A stretch of 64,000 nucleotides of DNA from Nanobdellota archaeon (GTDB lineage: Archaea; Aenigmatarchaeota; Aenigmatarchaeia; QMZP01): positions 29,835-93,834 of the forward strand of contig JBDRJQ010000028.1 of assembly GCA_043814765.1 (NCBI GenBank). The letters run 5' to 3'. Of the stretch, positions 37,931 to 45,197 are shown in pieces. The translations under genes were made by a program, and so were the position numbers. The notes below the pieces were generated by a model. That model saw nothing but the letters and a program-made list of their open reading frames with translations. It did not search any database and was not told where the DNA came from. Numbering within the stretch: the stretch's first letter is position 1; every line of letters starts with the position of its first letter.

Positions 37931-38485
37931 ATGGACAATAAATATGTTTCAGAGAATATAGCATTGCTTAAGGATGTTTTGGTTAGCTATTGTATTCTAG
38001 AAGGGACATTGATAGAAGGATTGAATGAAAATGAAAGCGGTATCCCAATGTCACCAATGTTCATCAATTCGTATGATGATGAAGATGGAGAATATGTACA
38101 TTTACTTAAATCTGGTTGCGATGTTAAATCTAGAAATACACTTGTATTTGATGTTGTTGATTATGTTGAAATCGATAAAGAAACTTTCGATATAATAAGT
38201 GATACTATGGGCAGAAACAGGCACGTATATACTTCTTCTGAAAAAATAGAAGAAATGAAAAGTATTTACGATCAAGGTAAAAAAGTGCTTTTCCCATTGC
38301 TTCCGGGAAGAACCGATAATTGGATTTACAAAAAATATAGATCAATTGTGGCTAAAGAAAGAATGAAAATATTTAAAGATGTTCCTATAGTTGAAGCCAT
38401 TAGATCTGATTCCGGTAGCAGAAAACATAACAGTTATCCAGCAGGAACAGATTCTGAAAAATTGTTTGAGGGGATATTAGATTAG
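37931..38485 (+). CDS. hypothetical protein, paralog 2 of operon (N-terminal YVSEN domain)
   Basis: MDNKYVSENIALLKDV...RNTLVFDVVDYVEIDKETF. Preceded by the 23-nt element ATTAGATTAGAGGTAAAATATGG. Confidence 0.5.
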   Translation: MDNKYVSENIALLKDVLVSYCILEGTLIEGLNENESGIPMSPMFINSYDDEDGEYVHLLKSGCDVKSRNTLVFDVVDYVEIDKETFDIISDTMGRNRHVYTSSEKIEEMKSIYDQGKKVLFPLLPGRTDNWIYKKYRSIVAKERMKIFKDVPIVEAIRSDSGSRKHNSYPAGTDSEKLFEGILD

Positions 38486-38494
38486 AGGTAAAAT

Positions 38495-39100
38495 ATGGCT
38501 GAAAAGAAAGGAAGAAAATATTTCGATGCAGAAGAACTAGAGGACATCTATTCATCTGGCATAGGTGAGGAACGCAGACATGAATTCTTAGACACACCTA
38601 CATCTTGGGATGACATAGACAAAGAGCCACGTGAAAGAGTGGAAAAGGTTCGCATCAAGACAGTTCAGACAATGCCTCGTCTTGAAGAAGAAGAGATGGA
38701 CAAACTTAAGATAATCAGCCCAAAAATAATTGGCAGTCTTTTTGATAGAGTAAAATTTTTGAAAGAAAGAATAGAAGAAACACAAAACACAATGAAAATG
38801 CGTACTGATATTCATAATGACATGTTAGCAGAGATAACTGAGGATATTAAGGAAAGACAGGGAATGTTGGGAAAGGCCATGAGCCTTGACGAGCAAAGAA
38901 GCATAAAACTTGACATGTCTGTTCTTAGAAAGGAAAAAAGAAAGGAAATAATTCAGTTATGGAGAGATATGTTTGATCTAAGAACTGAACTAAAGGAATT
39001 ACTAGAACAGTTCCAAAATGAACAAAAGCTTGCAGATCTTTTCTCTGAAATAAAACCTGAGAATAATAAGAAGGGAGGCATCGGAGAATCCGATATCTAG
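38495..39100 (+). CDS. highly charged coiled-coil protein
   Basis: Glu/Lys/Arg-rich heptad pattern throughout. Preceded by a second identical copy of the 23-nt element. Confidence 0.5.
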   Translation: MAEKKGRKYFDAEELEDIYSSGIGEERRHEFLDTPTSWDDIDKEPRERVEKVRIKTVQTMPRLEEEEMDKLKIISPKIIGSLFDRVKFLKERIEETQNTMKMRTDIHNDMLAEITEDIKERQGMLGKAMSLDEQRSIKLDMSVLRKEKRKEIIQLWRDMFDLRTELKELLEQFQNEQKLADLFSEIKPENNKKGGIGESDI

Positions 39101-39113
39101 GCAGGTTATAATT

Positions 39114-41351
39114 ATGATAGACATAAAAGAAAGATTATTCACTAGCGAAGTTAAGAAACTTATTCCAATCCTAGGCAGGGTTAATGTTGAAAGACTTAGC
39201 AAGGCATACTTGCTTGGTGATGAAGATACCAGATTAAGAATCTTCGAATTAATAGACGTAGCTAAGGCTGCTGTTTTCAGCGAAAACGAGCTTGGCGAAA
39301 GCATATTAATGGAGCCGCCTGAAAAAGAAGCTGTAGCTAAAGGAGAATTGACTCTTGGCAGTGTTCTTTATGGAAAGAAAAAAATGTATCCATTGAGATT
39401 CGAAAAGCAAAGGCTTTTGATGCACATGGGTATATTCGGTTCGTCTGGTTATGGTAAAACAAACCTTGCTCACAAAATGATACTAGAAATGGCAAACGAG
39501 GAATTGCCTATATTGATATTTGATTTCTCAAAGAGAAATTACAGAAAGCTATTAAGAACACCACTAAAGGACAGAATAGATATTTACACCGTGGGCAGAA
39601 ACACATCACCATTCAAATTCAATCCGCTTGTTCCTCCTGAAGGCATTCAAATGTCTCAGTGGATGAAGGAGTTCTCATCTGTATTCGATCATGCTTATTT
39701 CCTTATGGGCGGTGGTAGGCACATAATTATGAAGGCTTTTGACGGAGCTTTCGATGAGTCTGAAAAAACACCAAGATTGAGGGACCTTAAGGATTGGATA
39801 AACGAATACGCAGAACTCAAACTGCCAATGAGAGAGAAGAACTGGATAGCAACAGCTGCAAGGCCGTTGGATTCTCTAGTCTTCAGGGAAATTGGAGAGA
39901 TATTTGATTGTGATGTTGGTGTAAGGCCGTCTGATTTTTTCAAGAAAGGCAAGATAACTATTCTTGAACTGGATGCTCTTGACACTAATGACAAGACATT
40001 TTTCATAGAAATACTGTTACAGTGGATAAGAGATTGGCTTTTGGTAAACGATAAAAGAGAAGAGCTTATAGGAGCCATTATTTTAGAGGAAGCGCACCAT
40101 GTTCTGAACCGTGAAAAATCTATAAGAACTGGTTCAGAAACTGTTATGGATCTTTTGTTCAGAGAGATTAGAGAGCTAGGTCTAGGCATTATTTACTTGG
40201 ATCAGCACCCATCTTTAGTTTCTTATCCGGCTCTGGGTAATACATCTACTCATATTTATATGAATCTGGGACTTGATACAAAGCAGTCTTCAGATATACT
40301 AGATGCAACTCACATGCTTGGATTAGATTATGAAGAGGAAGGCAGCTATCTCAGAAGGCTTCCTGTAGGACAAGGCTTTATGCTTTGCAGAAACTTCGAA
40401 TTCCCAAGACCATTCCTTGTAAACTTCGATGAAGTGAAATTCACTGAAAAGGTAATAAAGGATGAAGAAGTAGCAGAACTGATGAAAACATACGACAAGA
40501 TTGTATCCAAACCAGTAGAACATAAAGTTGCAGAAAACATACCCAAAGAAGTAGTTAAGAAAACAAATGAAATAACAAGCGATATACAAAAAGCTGCTAA
40601 TGATCTTTTACGGGAAATAAAGCTGCTTACAGAAGAGTCTAGGGAATATGCTAAAGAAGAGTATATGGAAGACGCTAAAGAAGATGTAGTTGAGGAACCT
40701 GAAGAAAGAACAGAAATTATAGAACCTAAAATAGAAACACCAAAATTAGAAGACGTTAGCACAGTGGATATGCCCTTAGATAAGATAGACAAACAGGCAT
40801 GGAAAATAATTGATGTTGTTGGTAACGGTCATGGTGCATTTGCATCACAGATATACAAAAACGCCAGAGTATCTGGCACTGTTTTCAATGAAAAAATAGA
40901 GACACTTTTAGACCTGGGCTTAATTAAGCGTGTTGGTGGCAAAAGTGGCAAGAACAAGCTTCATTTTTATTACTTGACTGAAAAGGGAGAAAGGACATTT
41001 GATAGCAACTTCAGAAGATATGAAGGTGCTGTGGATGCTGACCTTTCAGGATTGCTAGAGCTGTTCTCTTTAGTCGGATGGAAAGCTACTCGTAAAGTAG
41101 ACATTCTGGAAATAACCAAAGAGGATGAGATACTTCCAGTTGCAATTATAGATTACACAGACAAAAATAAAATGTACGAAAGACTAAAGATAAACAAACA
41201 TTTTGTATGCGCAAACGAGACGCTAAAAAACATATTGGTGCAACAGGCAGCCAAGCGTTCATTAAAGAAACCAGGATTAACAATATTCGTTTCTACATTC
41301 AAGGATTTTGAAGATAACACAAAATTCGACAAAATAGAGTTCGATATTTGA
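39114..41351 (+). CDS. HerA/FtsK-superfamily (DUF87/AAA_10-like) ATPase fused to an acidic linker, a winged-helix domain and a C-terminal domain
   Basis: Walker A MGIFGSSGYGKTNLAHKM, Walker B DEAH-like IILEEAHHV, IYLDQHPS sensor-like motif. wHTH IYKNARVSGTVFNEKIETLLDLGLIKRV...YYLTEKGERTF. Confidence 0.6.
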   Translation: MIDIKERLFTSEVKKLIPILGRVNVERLSKAYLLGDEDTRLRIFELIDVAKAAVFSENELGESILMEPPEKEAVAKGELTLGSVLYGKKKMYPLRFEKQRLLMHMGIFGSSGYGKTNLAHKMILEMANEELPILIFDFSKRNYRKLLRTPLKDRIDIYTVGRNTSPFKFNPLVPPEGIQMSQWMKEFSSVFDHAYFLMGGGRHIIMKAFDGAFDESEKTPRLRDLKDWINEYAELKLPMREKNWIATAARPLDSLVFREIGEIFDCDVGVRPSDFFKKGKITILELDALDTNDKTFFIEILLQWIRDWLLVNDKREELIGAIILEEAHHVLNREKSIRTGSETVMDLLFREIRELGLGIIYLDQHPSLVSYPALGNTSTHIYMNLGLDTKQSSDILDATHMLGLDYEEEGSYLRRLPVGQGFMLCRNFEFPRPFLVNFDEVKFTEKVIKDEEVAELMKTYDKIVSKPVEHKVAENIPKEVVKKTNEITSDIQKAANDLLREIKLLTEESREYAKEEYMEDAKEDVVEEPEERTEIIEPKIETPKLEDVSTVDMPLDKIDKQAWKIIDVVGNGHGAFASQIYKNARVSGTVFNEKIETLLDLGLIKRVGGKSGKNKLHFYYLTEKGERTFDSNFRRYEGAVDADLSGLLELFSLVGWKATRKVDILEITKEDEILPVAIIDYTDKNKMYERLKINKHFVCANETLKNILVQQAAKRSLKKPGLTIFVSTFKDFEDNTKFDKIEFDI

Positions 41352-41598
41352 GCTCAAACACAACATGTTGTGGATTAATTTTAAATAAGTTAGTGGATAA
41401 AGTATAACTATCACAATAAGTATCATAATCTCAATTCACTAATTTGACTTGCAAAGTCCTTCGCATTAGCTCAACACTAACGCGTCGAATTTAAAAAGAA
41501 TGTTTTCCCATTAGCATCTCGCTAGTGGATAGGATATGCAACATTTCATAAGTGTTGGGTATCCTTTTTCTTGACGACTTCTCAGCGTTAAGCTGATC

Positions 41599-41626
41599 AG
41601 CAGCTAGAAATAGCTGCTATTTTTTT
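41599..41626 (+). terminator. hairpin AGCAGCTA-GAAA-TAGCTGCT followed by ATTTTTTT
   Basis: Perfect 8-bp stem, GAAA loop, T7 run. About 250 nt downstream of the HerA-like gene stop. Confidence 0.45.
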
Positions 41627-42494
41627 GACGACTACCGATTTCTAGAAGACCGTCCAACATGAATTCTACGCACAGCACTCTACAAATTCAGGGTGCAGGT
41701 GTATGAGAGACAGTCTATATGACTAGGCTTGAAATAGGTCTCTCGCTGAATGCAACTCTTTGATGGTAATTCTAGATAACCTGATAGGAGGAGAGACCTG
41801 TTTTTGAAAGTAAGCGTCAGTTTCTGTAACGGATTCTGACGATGGTTATAAAAACAGGGCTTTCACTTCGGTGTTAGCCCTACGAAAACAATCAGCAGCT
41901 TGTCTGCGCTTTCATTTAGCGGTTTCAAGTTCGGAAATCAACATCCGAACCGTTAAGATGTCACAGGTGCGCTTACATATTAGCGCGCCTGTTTTTTGAG
42001 AATACGGAACTTGGGGAAACCCTGGATCCTTTTCTACCAAGAGGAAGAGAGCCACAATTGAAGATTCGGCCTTACTAAAAGCTGGGCCAACCCCTTCATA
42101 AAGGATTGAACCTCTTGGTTTTTTGAAAACAATGCAAAGCCGGATCATAAAAACTGTCCAATGATCCGGCAGCTTAAATAATGGACAGGCAAGATCCACA
42201 ATACATTCGAATCGCGGTTCAAACCACAATTTCGGTTTCGGGCGCTTGTAATCACAGCACGACAGAAGAGTTCTTATTTAATGAACTCACATCGTTTCTC
42301 CACTCATCTGCAAGTAATTCTTCGTCCTGCAGCAGTCTCCTTCCACCTTTCCTTCCGTAACGCCTCCACCGATTCTAGTTTACGGCACAATATCTTCTGG
42401 CACAGTATCTTCTGGGATTGTATAAAACGAAGTAACAATTTCCCAGATTGATACAAATTTAAACGCGTCTCTCTTCCCCCCGTAAAAAGGGAAA

Positions 42495-42531
42495 GTGCCC
42501 GACTCCTTCCGCGACTCGGGCACTTTTTTTT
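42495..42531 (+). terminator. GC-rich hairpin GTGCCCGA-N13-TCGGGCAC followed by TTTTTTTT (intrinsic-terminator-like)
   Basis: 8-bp G/C stem plus T8. Would end a + strand transcript arising in the ORF-free region. Confidence 0.45.
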
Positions 42532-42910
42532 GTCCAGCTCATGACTACCGAAAGCAAGGATCGATGATTTAAACATTTACCTGAAACAGCGTGTAATCGG
42601 CACGCATACTCCAGGAATCAACAGATAGATGAGGAGGCCCGAAAAACAAATTAATAATCGCACGAAAGTTGTATTGGTTTTTCAAAAACCTATTCGGTAA
42701 AATCATTGCACAGCCAACAAGCGGTGCAAAATTAACTCAAAAAAGAGAACGGCACTTTGAGGTAAATGAGACATTATTGAATTTAAGCGACACCGAAAAG
42801 AGCCAATCTTAAACGCAGAAGCGATGATCAAACCATCCTTCTGCTTCTTTACATATATCTACTAAAAGGGATATAAGCAATAATCTGCAAACATGCTTCA
42901 AACAAAAAAA

Positions 42911-43216
42911 TTACTTCTTTTTGATGTACTTCTTGAACCATTTAAGAATTGTCCAGCGAGAAACCTTGATCCCGTGCCTGTGTTTCATCTCCTGCTGCAC
43001 CTCGGACAGAGAGAGGCCTTTACTGTAGAGAGCTACAGCTTTCATTATTGTATCTTTTTTGAACCTCATCCGCAGGAAATTGTCGTTTGGGGTATACTTG
43101 CGTCCGCACTTTTTACAGAGCCGAAGGTGCTTTTTAGTTGACTCGTTATACCTAAAACCTCTCCACACAGTGTTTGTGCTCTGGCAATGCGCACATCTCT
43201 CAATTTTATCTTTCAT
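42911..43216 (-). CDS. zinc-ribbon + HTH transposase-like protein (IS1 InsA-like/ISNCY-like helper); possible IS remnant
   Basis: CAHCQS...C-x-x-C (CKKCGRKY) N-terminal zinc ribbon then HTH GLSLSEVQQEMKHRHGIKVSRWTILKWFKKY. No catalytic transposase ORF nearby. Confidence 0.4.
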   Translation of the reverse strand: MKDKIERCAHCQSTNTVWRGFRYNESTKKHLRLCKKCGRKYTPNDNFLRMRFKKDTIMKAVALYSKGLSLSEVQQEMKHRHGIKVSRWTILKWFKKYIKKK

Positions 43217-43254
43217 ACTTAATTAAACTTATAGGGATATATAAAGCTTTCTCT

Positions 43255-44961
43255 CTACATCTTCTCAGGTGCCTCTATACCCAACAGAAATAAAGCGTTC
43301 TTAATGGTAATTTTTGCTGCTTTGACCAGAGCCAAACGCACTTCAGCAGTATTTTTGTCAGCTTTCAGTACGGGAAGCGCCTGATAAAACTCGTTAAAGG
43401 CTGATGCCAGCTCATAGACATAGTTCACTATGTAATGGGGTCTGTAGTCCCTTGCAGAATTCTCAATTGTCTGGGAAAAGTTAGAAATTATTTTTATAAG
43501 CCTTTTTTCCTTGTCGTCAACTAATAGGGATGCATCAAATTCTATTGGTTTTGTTTTTGCCTTTCTCAAAATAGAAGATGCCCTGGCATAAGTGTACTGC
43601 ACATAAGGCGCACTGTTGCCCTGAAAATCCAGTGCCTGATCCCAGTCAAATATTATAACCTTTTCAGGTGACTGCATTATCATGCTGTACTTTATTGCGC
43701 CCATTGCAACCTGCTCAGCTATTTTCTTGTGTTCTGCTGCAGAAAGAGCTGGGTTCTTTTCTTTAGTTGCTTGCAGCGCTATAGCGTACAGCTTTGACTT
43801 AAGCTCATGGTAAAGTATAACTTTTCCTTCTCTGGACTTCATCTTGCCTGTAGGAAGGTTAACCAGTTCGTAGGATAAATGGCATTCTTTTTTAGCAATC
43901 GGATCGCTAATAATCTCCAGTGTTTTAAAAAACTGCTGAAAGTAAAGTTTTTGCTCAGAACCGACGACATGAATTATCAAATCTGGATTGTATTCTTTGT
44001 TTTGAAGCCTTGCCAGAGCAAATTCTTTTGTTGAATAAAGGGCTATTCCATCCTTTCTCAGCACTAAGAATATGCCCAGACCGTATTCTTTAAGATCTAT
44101 TATCAAAGCACCATCGCTTATTTTGAATACCCCCTTTTTATGCAAATCCTCTACTATTTTTCTTCCTGGTGCTTCAACTTCTGATTCCATGTAAAGCCTG
44201 TCAAACTTTGCTCCAAAATCCTTGTAAATATCATCAAAATAATCAAGGCTCCATTTCCTTCCTGTTTTCCATATAGAAACCAGTTCTTTATCGCCAGCGT
44301 ACAGTTTTTTATTTATCTCATCAATCTCTTCAGTGACTTTTTGATTTAGGCTTGCCTTTTCACTGGATTCTTTGTAAACATCGCCAAGCCACAAACCTTT
44401 ATGAACATTTTTTGGTGGTTTCTTTTTATAGATATTTATCAAACCCCACAGAGCTTTTGCTACATGCGGGCCTATATCACCTTGATAATTTGCCCTCACT
44501 GTTTTATGGCCTGAAAACTCCAGGACACGCGACAGGGATTCACCAAGGGCTATGTTTCTAACATGACCTATATGAAATCCTTTGAATGGGTTTGGATGGG
44601 CATACTCCACCATTATTGTCTTTCCTTTACCGTCAACAGAACTTCCATATTCTTTTCCTTCCCTTAACACATCTTTCAGAACCATATCGCTGAATTTTTC
44701 TGAGTCAGCATAGAAGTTTATGTAAGGGCCAACAGCTCTTACCTCGCGCAACAGACCTTTTGGTTTTACTTTGGATGCGATCTGTCTTGCTATGTCTGCT
44801 GGACTTTTCTTGAATTTTTTTGCAAAAGCAAAACATGGTAACGCAAAGTCTGCACCGATGTTTTCAGGTGGCTTTTCTAAAAATTCTTCTATCTGTTTTT
44901 TTGGAAGATGTTTTTTCAAAAGCATTGTAACTTCGTCACGGATTTTTTTGTTAACATCCAT
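43255..44961 (-). CDS. argS: arginyl-tRNA synthetase
   Basis: HIGH motif FHIGHVRN, KMSKS-like GKMKSREGK, C-terminal DALR anticodon-binding region, 568 aa. Confidence 0.8.
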   Translation of the reverse strand: MDVNKKIRDEVTMLLKKHLPKKQIEEFLEKPPENIGADFALPCFAFAKKFKKSPADIARQIASKVKPKGLLREVRAVGPYINFYADSEKFSDMVLKDVLREGKEYGSSVDGKGKTIMVEYAHPNPFKGFHIGHVRNIALGESLSRVLEFSGHKTVRANYQGDIGPHVAKALWGLINIYKKKPPKNVHKGLWLGDVYKESSEKASLNQKVTEEIDEINKKLYAGDKELVSIWKTGRKWSLDYFDDIYKDFGAKFDRLYMESEVEAPGRKIVEDLHKKGVFKISDGALIIDLKEYGLGIFLVLRKDGIALYSTKEFALARLQNKEYNPDLIIHVVGSEQKLYFQQFFKTLEIISDPIAKKECHLSYELVNLPTGKMKSREGKVILYHELKSKLYAIALQATKEKNPALSAAEHKKIAEQVAMGAIKYSMIMQSPEKVIIFDWDQALDFQGNSAPYVQYTYARASSILRKAKTKPIEFDASLLVDDKEKRLIKIISNFSQTIENSARDYRPHYIVNYVYELASAFNEFYQALPVLKADKNTAEVRLALVKAAKITIKNALFLLGIEAPEKM

Positions 44962-45197
44962 AATATTATTTTGTTTGTATATCTATAAGTTTCAACTCCC
45001 TTGCTTGTGCACGGCATACAATTCTGCGAGAACATCTGGAAACTCCCCTGTCTTACTCCAGGAATCGACGAACTTCATGTTGACAGGATTGTGCATGATT
45101 TCCCCAGGCTCCGTTTCGCCACTCAACACGAATATTTCATTTATGTTCTTTTAGAATCCCCTTGAAATAGATTCAATCATATTAATCCAGAAGATTC

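Larger units (their letters stand above)
41352..42910 (+). other. 1.5-kb ORF-poor, GC-enriched (~42%) region dense in stable hairpins (GNRA/UUCG tetraloops, 10-bp perfect stems): candidate structured ncRNA locus
   Basis: No + strand ORF of 60 aa or more. The two - strand ORFs are Cys/Arg-rich artefacts. Hairpins at 41599..41618, 41862..41887 (AGGGCT..CAC-TTCG-GTG..AGCCCT), 42012..42022 (GGG-GAAA-CCC), 42140..42171 (GCCGGATCAT/ATGATCCGGC) and 42495..42523. Confidence 0.3.

Noticed and set aside
41680-42531. RNase P RNA or SRP RNA assignment
   Set aside because: Only loose resemblances to CR-I/CR-II (GGGAAAGTGCCCG; AGGGTGCAGGTG) and to GGAAG SRP motifs. The candidate P4 5'-strand sits at the 3' end inside a terminator hairpin. 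Reported only as an unspecified structured-RNA candidate.
41912-42576. Two minus-strand ORFs (105 and 90 aa) in the GC-rich noncoding stretch
   Set aside because: Cys/Arg/Leu-rich translations with no start context. One overlaps the GC hairpin plus T8. They appear only because higher GC reduces stop-codon frequency.
41352-42910. Replication origin (oriC)
   Set aside because: The region is GC-enriched rather than AT-rich. No ORB-like repeated boxes and no adjacent orc1/cdc6 gene.
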